This document shows, one piece after another, positions 51,872-61,880 of a DNA stretch of 64,000 nt. Position 1 is the stretch's first letter. Each line of letters begins with the position of its first letter. Under the pieces are notes generated by a model. The model saw only the letters and a list, made by a program, of their open reading frames with translations. It did no database searches and had not been told where the DNA came from. This stretch comes from a virus: IMG/VR virus record IMGVR_UViG_3300046170_000505. One strand, written 5' to 3'. Position numbers and translations under genes: made by a program.

Positions 51872-53440
51872 ATGGATCTTCCTTTTAAATATACTACAAG
51901 TTTTGCAGAAACTGTTGTTCTTTCTGAACTTGATAAAAAAGATTTAACTTCTTTTGCTTCTTTAACTTCCTTAAAAGATATTATGCCCGAAGGTATTGAT
52001 CTTGAAAAAAATATTGATTTAGTAGGGGTAGCCTTTAATGCCGCAGTAGCAAATAAGTTTAATAAAAACGGAGATGGAATAGATTCTTCAACCGCTATAG
52101 CAATAAAAGATTATTTTATTCATAAGCCAGCAAACATTGAACATAACAAACAAAAAGTGGTTGGTCACATTGTGGGATCTTCTTTATCGAAGTTTGGAAC
52201 AAATGAATTAATTTCACCAGAAGAAGCTTCTACTATAGACGGACCTTTTAATATTGCTTTGTCAGCAGTTGTATATAGAAGCGTAAACCCTAAGTTCGCA
52301 GAATTGGTACAAGAATCTGTAAACGAAAGCAGCGCAAATTATCAAATGGTTTCTGCAAGCTGGGAAATTGGATTTAATGATTACGCTATTGCTGTGGGTG
52401 GAGATGATTTGCATGAGTGCGAAATCGTTGAAGGCGAAAAGAAAGATGACTATAAACAATTTTTAAAAGCTTATGGCGGAAGCGGGAAAACAGATAAAGG
52501 TCAAAAAGTCAGCAGATTAATTATGGGTGATATTTATCCTTTAGGTATTGGGTTTACCGCCAATCCAGCTGCTGAAGTAAAAGGATTAACGGTGATCGAA
52601 AAAAATAATATTGAAGCCTGTGAAAAGCCTGTATATGAAAAAATAGAAGTTTCTAATAATATTTTTACAGAAAAAATTTCCCATTACACAAAACCCGATG
52701 TAATTTTAAACAAGAATCAAAAACCAGGAAAAAACATGGAACAAGAAATTCTCAAACAACTTACTGAAACTCTCGAGTCACAGGCTTCTGAAAAGAAACT
52801 TTCTCAAGAGGCTATCGCTAATATTACCAAGGTCTTTCATGACGCAATTGTTGACAAGAGTGAACAATGGAAATCAGACAAAGAAGCCCTGGAAAATCAA
52901 AAAGAAAATTTGGTAAAGGCTTCCGAAGAGTCCGCCAAAGAAATCGAAGATCTTAAAACTCAACTCGCTTCTGTTAATGAAGATCTTGGAAAGATCAAGA
53001 CTGAAGTTGAAGCTCGTGAAGAAGCTGATCGCTTTAACGAAAGAATGAGTGAACTTGACGACATGTTCGAATTAGAGGACGAAGATCGCGTAATCATCGC
53101 TTCCGAACTTAAAGGCATTAAAGAAGTTAAGGCTTATGACGAATACAAGTCTAAACTTTCTGTTACCTGGAATCATAAGACTAAAGCCTTTAAAGAAGAA
53201 CAAGAAAAACTTTTCAATGAAAAACTAGAAGCAGAAGTCCAAAAACGCTTGGGTGAACTTTCCGACAAGGAAACCGTAGAAGCTTCCAGTGAAGAAGTTG
53301 CAGAAGAAGCTATTGAAAATGCAGAAGCTGAAGAAGAAGCTGTTGCAAACAATAACGCTGATTCAGCACAAGAAGATTTGTCTCTTAGAGAACAATTCAA
53401 ACAAGCTTTCTCGAAAGACAACGTAACAATTCAACTATAA
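51872..53440 (+). CDS. Prohead protease fused to an acidic coiled-coil scaffold
   Basis: N.NGD, NIEH...VVGHI and SASWE motifs; EK-rich C-terminal half. Confidence 0.75.
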   Translation: MDLPFKYTTSFAETVVLSELDKKDLTSFASLTSLKDIMPEGIDLEKNIDLVGVAFNAAVANKFNKNGDGIDSSTAIAIKDYFIHKPANIEHNKQKVVGHIVGSSLSKFGTNELISPEEASTIDGPFNIALSAVVYRSVNPKFAELVQESVNESSANYQMVSASWEIGFNDYAIAVGGDDLHECEIVEGEKKDDYKQFLKAYGGSGKTDKGQKVSRLIMGDIYPLGIGFTANPAAEVKGLTVIEKNNIEACEKPVYEKIEVSNNIFTEKISHYTKPDVILNKNQKPGKNMEQEILKQLTETLESQASEKKLSQEAIANITKVFHDAIVDKSEQWKSDKEALENQKENLVKASEESAKEIEDLKTQLASVNEDLGKIKTEVEAREEADRFNERMSELDDMFELEDEDRVIIASELKGIKEVKAYDEYKSKLSVTWNHKTKAFKEEQEKLFNEKLEAEVQKRLGELSDKETVEASSEEVAEEAIENAEAEEEAVANNNADSAQEDLSLREQFKQAFSKDNVTIQL

Positions 53441-53458
53441 AAATTAGAGGATAATAAA

Positions 53459-54148
53459 ATGGCAAATAGACTACTTCCATTCAGACAATACAACGAGCAC
53501 TTCGTAATCAACCTCTTTCGGTTGAAACTCGAAAGTGAAACTATCGCAGGCTTTAAAGCTGACAATGGCTCAAGCGGAAATCATGACGCTGGACTTTTGG
53601 TAAAAGTATCAGATGCAGACTGGGCAAAATCAGAACCTGCTGGTTACGATGTAGCTTCAGCTGAAGCTACAGTACTTGACGGCTACCTTGGCGCTTCCAA
53701 GAGTAATTTCCCTCATGTTGCTGCTAACTCTTATCCAGCCGCTCAACCTATGTTTCAAGTGGCAGGAGCAACAGAGCGTCCTTTGGGTGTAACTCTTCGT
53801 CAAACTCTTGCGTTTGATGAGAACGGAGAAAAACTTCTTTACTATCGTCAAAAGCTTGAAGATCTTTACGGAGTTCTTCCTGGTGAAGTTGTTCCCGTTT
53901 TGACAAAGGGTATCATTACCGTTGCTAAGTCTGCATGCGTTGAAGCTCTAGTAGCTGGCCCAGTTTACTGTGGCGCTGGTGGAAAGTTCACTAAAGAAGC
54001 TGGCAGTGAAGATAGTTCAAACCAACAAGTCGGAACTGTGATCGGCATAGGAGACAGAGACGACGTATTTGATGGATCGAAATCCCCCGACTACTTTGCT
54101 GATGACGGATCCGACGGAGCTTATTATATCATCAATCTTGATCTTTAA
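53459..54148 (+). CDS. Capsid decoration/cement protein
   Basis: Lies between protease and MCP; PLGVTL...DENGEKL...V..GE.VPVLTKG pattern. Confidence 0.6.
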   Translation: MANRLLPFRQYNEHFVINLFRLKLESETIAGFKADNGSSGNHDAGLLVKVSDADWAKSEPAGYDVASAEATVLDGYLGASKSNFPHVAANSYPAAQPMFQVAGATERPLGVTLRQTLAFDENGEKLLYYRQKLEDLYGVLPGEVVPVLTKGIITVAKSACVEALVAGPVYCGAGGKFTKEAGSEDSSNQQVGTVIGIGDRDDVFDGSKSPDYFADDGSDGAYYIINLDL

Positions 54149-54177
54149 TTTTAAATAAAGAGAGGACAATAACAAAA

Positions 54178-55347
54178 ATGAAAATCACACTCAAAAGAAC
54201 TGAAGAACAAGTAGAACTTGTAAAGGCAATGGCATCCCGCAATCGTGAGGTTGCATATGAAGCCCAGCAAGCTTTGGCCGAATTTATCGGGCCTGTCCTC
54301 GCTGAAGTTGTCAACCAGGCTCCTACTCTTAGTAACCTTTTCACGAACTTCCAGTTCAATGAAATGGACAGCCCAAGCATTCCGCTTGACTTGTATTATG
54401 ACATTACCGCGCCTGATTATGTAAAGGTATACAGCACGACTGTTCCTGGTGGATTGCCCACTAACACCGTGACTCCTACCAGTCAGGAAATGAAATTCAG
54501 CACGTATCGTCTTGATACCGCTGTTGACTTTGACAAGCGCTATGCAGCCAAATCCCGCATGGATGTTGTTGGTAAAACTTTTACCCGTATCGCTCAAGAA
54601 ATCATGATTCGTCAGGAAGCTACTTCTGCTAACTTGATCATGGGAGCTCTTAAAGAAGCTCGGACTAACGGAAAATCCCATCTTATTGAAAAAGCTGCTG
54701 GAGAAACTTTAAACCTTGCAGATTTCAATCAACTCCTTACTCTTGCAAAGAGAATCAACACCGCATGGACGGGTTCCGCTCCAGAAGGTGGACGCATCAA
54801 GGGCATTACTGACCTGATTATGTCTCCTGAGCAAGTTGAAGGATTAAGGGCTTTGGCTTATCAACCAGTTCACACTGGCAGCAAGAACGACATTGCCGCT
54901 ACTGACTCAATGCGTGAAGCTATTTACAACAACGCTGGAATTCCTGAATTCTACGGTGTTAGCATCATGGAAATCAATGAGCTTGGTGAAAATAGCGATG
55001 CAGCTACTGCTGGAGATGGCAACCAAAAGTTCACCAAGGTGTTTGATACCTTGCAAAGCGACAAAGATGTCCGCGATGTTATCGTCGGCCTTGACCGTTC
55101 TCGCGAATCTTTGTTCCGTGCAGTTGCAGTTGATTCTGAAACTAGTGCAGAGCTTAATTTGGTTGCTGATGATCAATACAGTGTTCGTCAGTCCAAGATC
55201 GGATATTATGGATCCATGGAAGAAGGTCGCATGATCCTTGATGACCGTGTTCTTACTGGATTCGAATTCACTAAGACTACTGCTGCTGCTGCTGAGGGTG
55301 ATGCTACCGAATCCACCGAAGAAGCCGAATCCACCGAAGAAGCTTAA
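54178..55347 (+). CDS. Major capsid protein
   Basis: Position, 389 aa, strong GAGGA ribosome-binding site and a downstream terminator. Confidence 0.8.
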   Translation: MKITLKRTEEQVELVKAMASRNREVAYEAQQALAEFIGPVLAEVVNQAPTLSNLFTNFQFNEMDSPSIPLDLYYDITAPDYVKVYSTTVPGGLPTNTVTPTSQEMKFSTYRLDTAVDFDKRYAAKSRMDVVGKTFTRIAQEIMIRQEATSANLIMGALKEARTNGKSHLIEKAAGETLNLADFNQLLTLAKRINTAWTGSAPEGGRIKGITDLIMSPEQVEGLRALAYQPVHTGSKNDIAATDSMREAIYNNAGIPEFYGVSIMEINELGENSDAATAGDGNQKFTKVFDTLQSDKDVRDVIVGLDRSRESLFRAVAVDSETSAELNLVADDQYSVRQSKIGYYGSMEEGRMILDDRVLTGFEFTKTTAAAAEGDATESTEEAESTEEA

Positions 55348-55377
55348 AGTTAGTTTTCGATAAAAACCTTTCAAAAA

Positions 55378-55400
55378 GTCCACCTTCTGGTGGATTTTTT
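55378..55400 (+). terminator. Rho-independent terminator after MCP
   Basis: GTCCACC-TTCT-GGTGGAT-TTTTT. Confidence 0.85.
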
Positions 55401-55446
55401 GTTTAATCAGGTGTATAATAATTTAACAAGGAGAAAGGATAACATT

Positions 55447-55878
55447 ATGCCAAGAAAAAAAACAACCAAAAAACCTGCAACAAAAAAAGTTCAGGCCAAA
55501 AAACAAGAACCCCAAAAAGATAAGGTTAAAAAAACAATGGAATTTGCTGACGGCAAAGATCATTTAAAAGAAGAAGCGGCTGAAACAAGAAACCTGGAAT
55601 CAATACTGGGAATGACTGAGCCAAGCCCTTTTTCAGAATCTGATGCCAGCGTTTTTGAAAGTAATCTGGAAAATATGAATCTAAGCGAAATGCAAGCAAT
55701 TGCAGTAAAAGCTGGAGTATTTCCTTCTGGAACAAAAATGATGCTTAAAACCAAGCTTATAAAGTCTTTTAAAAAGTGGGAGCAAGGCCATGGGAACGTG
55801 GTTCAAATAACCAGGCCAGTAGTTGACCCAGATTCCGAACAAGGAAAAGCTTTGTTAAATTTAATTAGGGAACAATAA
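55447..55878 (+). CDS. Hypothetical late protein
   Basis: Start corrected using GTGTA at 55411 and the AGGAG/AAGGA ribosome-binding site. Confidence 0.65.
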   Translation: MPRKKTTKKPATKKVQAKKQEPQKDKVKKTMEFADGKDHLKEEAAETRNLESILGMTEPSPFSESDASVFESNLENMNLSEMQAIAVKAGVFPSGTKMMLKTKLIKSFKKWEQGHGNVVQITRPVVDPDSEQGKALLNLIREQ

Positions 55879-55879
55879 A

Positions 55880-57253
55880 GTGTCAGAACAAGATGAAAGT
55901 CAAAGCAGCGAGGCTAATGAAAGTCAAGATGATGCGGGCTCTTCATCTGAAAGCGCTTTTTCTGTAGTTTCCAGGCAATTAGAAAGTGATGTTTCTGCTG
56001 GAGTTAAGGTTTTCGTCTTAACTCCTGCTTTTGAAAATACGGAAGATCTTTCTGTATTTAGCGTAGGAGATACTGTCGTATTCAATAAAGGTAATGCTCA
56101 AAACGAAGAAACCGCTCAAATAGAATTGCTTGGAGGAAGTTCTATAACCTTAACTCAACCTTTAACTAAAAATCATACAGCAGGCGATTTCGTAACAATT
56201 TCAGAATCTAACGCTGGGAACTTGACTGTTAATCAAACTTCTGTTGTTACTGATTCTTTAATAGTTGGAGATCCCGATCAAAGCGAAGAGGAAAATATTT
56301 TAGAAGTTGAAGATGGTCATATAGCTGCTGATGCAGATATTACGGTACAAGGAGATATTTTTGCAGACGACGCATCATTTGATAATCTTGATATCCAAGG
56401 AGACATAACAGTTCAAGGTGAAACTGTTGACTTAACGAACCTATCAAACAACAATGTTGCGCAAGATTTATCCGAAGTTATAGAGTCAATAAATGAAGGT
56501 TTAAGCGGTGTAGCTGAAGCGATAACTAATAAAGAACATACACACGGCGATAACAGTGATGTTGATCACGATCACGGCATTAGACCAACTCAGCCTTACG
56601 TATCACCAAACTATGCTACAGATCCAACCTCACCATGTCCAAATACTGGATATTACATGAGGGTAGATGAATGCACAAATTGTTATTTTGAAGAAAATTT
56701 AAATCAAATAGGAGCTTTTGCAAAACAATTAGTTGAGTTTGAGTTTGATTATATAACTGGAGAAGCTGCAGTGAGAAGCGAGCTTTACACTATATCTGGA
56801 TCATTAAGCGGTAGGCTTGGAGAGATGAATGTTTTACTGAATCAATCTTTTTGTTATACTGGTTGCGATGGAAACCCTTTTCCTAGACTAGGAAAAGAGG
56901 AGGGTGACATACTGCAGCACCTTTACATGAGAGACTACAACACAAAACAAGCGCAAAAGATAATGCGAGGCCTTTACGACGAAAATACAACAGCTAGTGT
57001 TATTCAGAACGAAGCGGAATGGACTGAACTATCAGAAGGTGATACAACTATCAGAAGAAGCCCTGGAAGCTCTGCTTCATCTGCCAGTAATAGAATCGCC
57101 TTGAGTAAAGATTTTAAAGCTTTATCTGATGATGCCGACAGAAAAATAAAGCAACTTGTTTATAATTATAATATGTACGGAGCACAGCCAAGGCAAGTAG
57201 CTGGTGAAGATGGGGCTTATAAGGCAATAATACAATCAAGAAAAGATAATTAA
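55880..57253 (+). CDS. Putative head-tail adaptor with a long acidic N-terminal extension
   Basis: Position after MCP; C-terminal W.EL.EGDT.IRR...Y....A.P.QV.G pattern. Confidence 0.45.
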   Translation: MSEQDESQSSEANESQDDAGSSSESAFSVVSRQLESDVSAGVKVFVLTPAFENTEDLSVFSVGDTVVFNKGNAQNEETAQIELLGGSSITLTQPLTKNHTAGDFVTISESNAGNLTVNQTSVVTDSLIVGDPDQSEEENILEVEDGHIAADADITVQGDIFADDASFDNLDIQGDITVQGETVDLTNLSNNNVAQDLSEVIESINEGLSGVAEAITNKEHTHGDNSDVDHDHGIRPTQPYVSPNYATDPTSPCPNTGYYMRVDECTNCYFEENLNQIGAFAKQLVEFEFDYITGEAAVRSELYTISGSLSGRLGEMNVLLNQSFCYTGCDGNPFPRLGKEEGDILQHLYMRDYNTKQAQKIMRGLYDENTTASVIQNEAEWTELSEGDTTIRRSPGSSASSASNRIALSKDFKALSDDADRKIKQLVYNYNMYGAQPRQVAGEDGAYKAIIQSRKDN

Positions 57254-59271
57254 TTCTTTTCTAATTCTTTTACTCTTTTACTTAAGTCTTTTACTGCTTC
57301 CAATAAGAAAGGAACCAGTTTTGTGTAGTCTACTTTAAAGTATCCGTCTTCGCCTTTTTTAACTGCGCTAGGAATAACCTTTTCAACTTCTTGAGCTATA
57401 AGACCTTGGTCTTCGCCTGATTTATTAGATTCTTTTTTCCATTCGAAATTAACACCTCTTATATTTTCAAGAAATTTTATTGGTGATTGAATAGGAGAAA
57501 TATTTGTTTTTAAATTAATATCAGAATCAACAAAAGTAGGCTCTGAATTAGCCGCAGGTTTATCGAGTTTCTTATCTAGTTCGGTTTGTAAACCACTAAT
57601 ATCTCCTATAGTAACGCCCCCTGAGCCTGAGCCTGAACCTGCGCTAGCCGCAGCTCCAGTAAGTATTTTGTTACCTCCCCAATAAAGCACTGAAGAAACG
57701 GAGTATAGCTTGTTTGTTGTAGTTGTTGGAGCAGAAGCAGTATTGTTTAACTTTATTGCGCCATCGGATTCAATAGTCATTTTATCAGACCCATCAATAT
57801 CAAATTGAATTTTTGAATTTGCTACATTGTTCCCCTCGTCAGCTTGTAAAAGTAAAACTCCGTCATTTGTTCGAATATCGCTATAATTAGAAACAGAGGC
57901 TTCGTCTTTTAAACGAATTGTAGGATTTTCTTCTTTTATTTCCAATTTAACGTCAGGACTATCTGTTCCAATCCCAACCTTGCCGTCGGAGTCTATGCGC
58001 ATTTTTTCTGTAAATGTAGAAAGTGATCCACCTCTAGTCCAAAATACCAAGTCCGCTTTTCGTGAGTTTGCCGTACTGTCCGAGCATACTGCACCGATGT
58101 TTGCCATATCTTCTGAGGTGCTAGAGGTTTTAGGAACCCTAAAGTTTATAAACGGCCCAATGTCTGCCGTTCTCGCAACTCCTTTAGTTTCTAAAATTAA
58201 GTTTGCTCCGCTACCTGCATTTAAAACGCCATAACTATCTGTTTCTATTTCCAACTTAGCGCTAGGACTCGTCGTTCCAATCCCGACCTTGCCGTTTCGG
58301 TCAATACGCATTGCTTCTATTAATGGATCGCCACTTGTACCGCCTTGATGTACCTCGAAAGCTAGTCCTACATTATTTGAGTCCACATCGGTCTGTACCG
58401 CTGTAATTGCCGCGTGTTTACCTCCTGCTCCTGTTAGAGCGGTAAAAGCTACCGAGCCGCCTTTATTACCACTTCCTTCTGTCGTATTACTTTTAATTAA
58501 TAAACCGACTTGACTAAAATCGTTTGTACTAAGTGAGTATGTACCCGCATCTGTTTCTACAGCTAACTTTGCATCAGGACTCGCCGTTCCAATCCCGACA
58601 TTTCCTCCATTATAAACTATATCACCAGAAGAGTTTCCATCTACCCACTTTCCTCCCTGACCTTCAGTTAAAATCTTAGAACCATTAAAGTATAGACCGT
58701 CAGATTTTCTATAAATTTTTCCATCTGTTGGTGCTGGATCACTAGCTACCTCATTAAAGGTTACTGGATTCGTGAACGTTGTAGGTCCACCAAAATTAGT
58801 AAGCCCAGTAAAAGTTGTAATTCCGCTTAAAAGACTTGTGCCTTGCGCATTAATTCCACCAAGAGTCGTAATACCTTGGGTTACAGAGAGGCTTTTATCT
58901 ATAACCACATTTTCTTTCAATGATATTCCATCATCGGTAACCTTTATTTGTTCTTTACCTCCTTGTTTTATAACGACTGGAGGCTGAGTTGCTAAAGGTT
59001 GTCCATTTTCGTCTAAAATCACATCTCCAATCCCTACGTCAATACCGCCTTCTTCATTTTCAGAAACAGGCGGAGAGCTTCCTATTGTCGGTAAAATAGC
59101 TTTTCTAAGCTGAGAGATAGTGGTTTTTACAGTTATCCTTGGATTAAAATCGTTAGGGTCTTCTGATTCTCTTTTGACATCATTTTCATTAAGCGATAAA
59201 GCTAAATAACTATTGTCTGTAACAGTGTTATCTTCAGTAGAGTCGAGGTTTCTAATTTTTATTGTTTGCAT
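57250..59271 (-). CDS. Tail fibre with C-terminal peptidase S74 (intramolecular chaperone)
   Basis: Three G.VGIGT.SP..KL repeats; SD..LK.NI..., GLIAQEV and VDY..L...L.EAVK.L motifs. Confidence 0.85.
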   Translation of the reverse strand: MQTIKIRNLDSTEDNTVTDNSYLALSLNENDVKRESEDPNDFNPRITVKTTISQLRKAILPTIGSSPPVSENEEGGIDVGIGDVILDENGQPLATQPPVVIKQGGKEQIKVTDDGISLKENVVIDKSLSVTQGITTLGGINAQGTSLLSGITTFTGLTNFGGPTTFTNPVTFNEVASDPAPTDGKIYRKSDGLYFNGSKILTEGQGGKWVDGNSSGDIVYNGGNVGIGTASPDAKLAVETDAGTYSLSTNDFSQVGLLIKSNTTEGSGNKGGSVAFTALTGAGGKHAAITAVQTDVDSNNVGLAFEVHQGGTSGDPLIEAMRIDRNGKVGIGTTSPSAKLEIETDSYGVLNAGSGANLILETKGVARTADIGPFINFRVPKTSSTSEDMANIGAVCSDSTANSRKADLVFWTRGGSLSTFTEKMRIDSDGKVGIGTDSPDVKLEIKEENPTIRLKDEASVSNYSDIRTNDGVLLLQADEGNNVANSKIQFDIDGSDKMTIESDGAIKLNNTASAPTTTTNKLYSVSSVLYWGGNKILTGAAASAGSGSGSGGVTIGDISGLQTELDKKLDKPAANSEPTFVDSDINLKTNISPIQSPIKFLENIRGVNFEWKKESNKSGEDQGLIAQEVEKVIPSAVKKGEDGYFKVDYTKLVPFLLEAVKDLSKRVKELEKN

Positions 59272-59304
59272 GGCTTTTCCGTCTATTTAGATATACACTT
59301 AAAA

Positions 59305-60285
59305 TTAAGCGCCGCTGATATCCATTAGATCTTTCATGGATAAAGAGCCACCTTTCTTTTTTGCAGCCTCTGATAAACTTACCCCAGTGTTTTGCTGCAT
59401 GCCCAATTCTTCCATATCTTCTTTAGTTGCTCCGACTATAGTTGAAGCGCCTTTATCTCCTGAGAATTTTTTCTTCATATCTTCTCTTGCTTCAGAAGAG
59501 TTTGCAAAGTCAAGAAGAGCCTCGGGGTCTTTTTTTATTTTCTCAGGAATATCTTCATTCATTTCAAAAACGTTCTTAAATATTCTAGTATAAACAATAA
59601 GATTTAATTGAAAATTAGTAAGGTACATAATTGGCTTACCAAAAAAATCGTTAGACGTTTCGCAAAATGCAAAATAAATTCTATAAAAGTCTTGCAAAAC
59701 TAAATTCTGTATAGATAGTTCGCTAAATCTTTCGTGAAAATTATTATAATGAGAAACTAAAGATGAAACTTCAGAAGCTTCTGCGTATTCGTATTCTTCT
59801 TTAGTGTAAAGAGGTTCCTTAAAGGATTTGTCTTTATAAAAACTATTAACTATATAAAAATCATTAGCTCTATTTAACGCGTATGATTCGCAACTGTTAG
59901 CTGTCAAGCCGCTTTTTTTATTTCTTAAAGAGTTTAATTGATCTTCAGCTTGGGAGATTTGTTTGTTGATTTGTCCAAGCGCGCTTTTTAAAACAATATT
60001 CTTTTTATTTTTAACTAAATTTTCTAAATAAAAAGATTGAGATTCAATTTCAGAATCATCTTCATCTGTCCAGATACCTTCAGACTTTAAATCTTCAAGT
60101 ATTTCTTTTTCAGAAGGAAGACCTCTTTTTTGAGCCATTGATGAATAAGCTTCATATACATCATCAAAGTCAACTAAATCAGAATTAGACTGGTGTTTTA
60201 TTAATACTTTTTTTTCGCCTATAAAATAAGCAGAAAAACCATCAGATATTTCTTTTAGAAGTTTTCTATAACCCTTGAGTTCCAC
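59305..60285 (-). CDS. Hypothetical protein (tail-assembly chaperone candidate)
   Basis: 326-aa helical ORF within the structural region. Confidence 0.45.
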   Translation of the reverse strand: MELKGYRKLLKEISDGFSAYFIGEKKVLIKHQSNSDLVDFDDVYEAYSSMAQKRGLPSEKEILEDLKSEGIWTDEDDSEIESQSFYLENLVKNKKNIVLKSALGQINKQISQAEDQLNSLRNKKSGLTANSCESYALNRANDFYIVNSFYKDKSFKEPLYTKEEYEYAEASEVSSLVSHYNNFHERFSELSIQNLVLQDFYRIYFAFCETSNDFFGKPIMYLTNFQLNLIVYTRIFKNVFEMNEDIPEKIKKDPEALLDFANSSEAREDMKKKFSGDKGASTIVGATKEDMEELGMQQNTGVSLSEAAKKKGGSLSMKDLMDISGA

Positions 60286-60288
60286 TCA

Positions 60289-61050
60289 TCAGGCTAATTC
60301 AGCGTCAAGTTCTTGTTCTAAATTTTCAAAATCTTCTTTCGCAGGATTTTGACTAAAATACCAAAAACTAACAAAGGTCATCAATTTTTCTTTTGCCAAA
60401 CCAAAAATTTCATCTTCTGATTCTTCTAGTTCATAATAGGAATCTTCTTTTTCTTCTGTAGACTCGCCAGCAAACAAAGGTATTTCTTCTTCGTCTTGCT
60501 TAATAAAGCACAGGTTCAGCATGTACCATAAGATGGCTCTGTTTTGAGCTTTAGTGTCGGCAGTATGATTAAAAAGATTTTGATAATTAGTTTCTAGATC
60601 AACTATCTCTCTTCGAGTGTTAGCGAATGTCTCGGTAAGTTCAGACTCTTTCTTCTTTTCGTTTTCTGTTTTCTTTTTTTTCTGAGACAATTTTGCAAGA
60701 GCGTTTTGAGTTTCACCGAGTTCTTTATAAAGACGAATAAGCTTTTGAGAATCTCCTTCTGTCAATAACCCTCCAGTATCGCTATATTTTTTAGCTAACA
60801 TAGCTTTTGTTAAAATACCTTTTTTGATGCATTTACTCATCTCAATGCTAAATTCCATATCTGCGTCTTCTATTTGACGCCTGGAAGGCTGGTAAATAAT
60901 AACATTACTGGGGACAGGCTTCTTGACCACCTTGCTAGTGGTAACAGTTTCCATTTCTCCAGTTTCTTTATTTTTGCGTTTAGAAGTCTTTTCTTCTTCT
61001 ACTTCCTGTTCAGTGCTTACAGTGAATTGGTATATAATTTTTTTATTCAT
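60289..61050 (-). CDS. Hypothetical protein (tail-assembly chaperone candidate)
   Basis: 253-aa ORF co-oriented with 59305..60285. Confidence 0.45.
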   Translation of the reverse strand: MNKKIIYQFTVSTEQEVEEEKTSKRKNKETGEMETVTTSKVVKKPVPSNVIIYQPSRRQIEDADMEFSIEMSKCIKKGILTKAMLAKKYSDTGGLLTEGDSQKLIRLYKELGETQNALAKLSQKKKKTENEKKKESELTETFANTRREIVDLETNYQNLFNHTADTKAQNRAILWYMLNLCFIKQDEEEIPLFAGESTEEKEDSYYELEESEDEIFGLAKEKLMTFVSFWYFSQNPAKEDFENLEQELDAELA

Positions 61051-61079
61051 TTATCCTTGTTCCTTTTGTTATAATAAGT

Positions 61080-61364
61080 TTAAAACTTAAAACTTATAGT
61101 AAAATTTTCAAAATTGTTTTCAGATTCTCTGATACTCTCGTTGCCCATGTCAAGAATTTTCTTTCTCAAATATTGCATTTTATTATAATCAAAATAGTCA
61201 GCTTGATCAATTAAGCTGTGATGACTATCAGGAAGAGCTTTTTTTAATTTTTTAAAATTTATAGTATGCTCGTTTTGCAGATCTTCGACAAGGGTCAAGA
61301 AAGACTTAAAAAGTAATTTTGTGTTTTTGCTGTATATTGCGTTGATTGCTTTACGTGCATCCAT
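61080..61364 (-). CDS. Hypothetical protein
   Basis: 94-aa ORF. Confidence 0.6.
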   Translation of the reverse strand: MDARKAINAIYSKNTKLLFKSFLTLVEDLQNEHTINFKKLKKALPDSHHSLIDQADYFDYNKMQYLRKKILDMGNESIRESENNFENFTISFKF

Positions 61365-61430
61365 GTTTTATATATTAATAGAAGTTGCTGTTTTTTTCAA
61401 TAAACTATTATCATTGGTGTATATAACTAT

Positions 61431-61880
61431 ATGTCCTCTTTTTTATCATCTGCGCAGAAACAACAATTTGAAGCAGTCATGCAAAGAATGCATGAAACTT
61501 TTTCGCGCACAATATTCGCTTATAAAGATTCTAAAAAAATCATCGTAAGCATGGATCCAAATTTTAATTTTCTTTATAACAACGTAAAAGGCGTAAAAAC
61601 AGCTCTGCATAGAACTCAATTTAAAACTCTAAACGCTAGAGTTTTATACATGGATAAACAAAACGAGGTATCATTCGATTCTGAAGTTGATAGTACAGTA
61701 AAGCTTCACCACGATATAGGGGAAGTAAGAATTAAACTAGATTCTGAAGGTTATGATTATTTCAAAGACGCAAAAAGAGTAGAGATAGACGGAAGATTAA
61801 TGTTCAAAGTGACCGATGTGAAAAAACATGGTTTATTTAGGCCTAAATTTTTCACCTACTATTTAAGGCCAACTGATTAA
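61431..61880 (+). CDS. Putative head-closure/neck protein
   Basis: Position, beta-rich C-terminus and GTGTA 9 nt upstream. Confidence 0.45.
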   Translation: MSSFLSSAQKQQFEAVMQRMHETFSRTIFAYKDSKKIIVSMDPNFNFLYNNVKGVKTALHRTQFKTLNARVLYMDKQNEVSFDSEVDSTVKLHHDIGEVRIKLDSEGYDYFKDAKRVEIDGRLMFKVTDVKKHGLFRPKFFTYYLRPTD

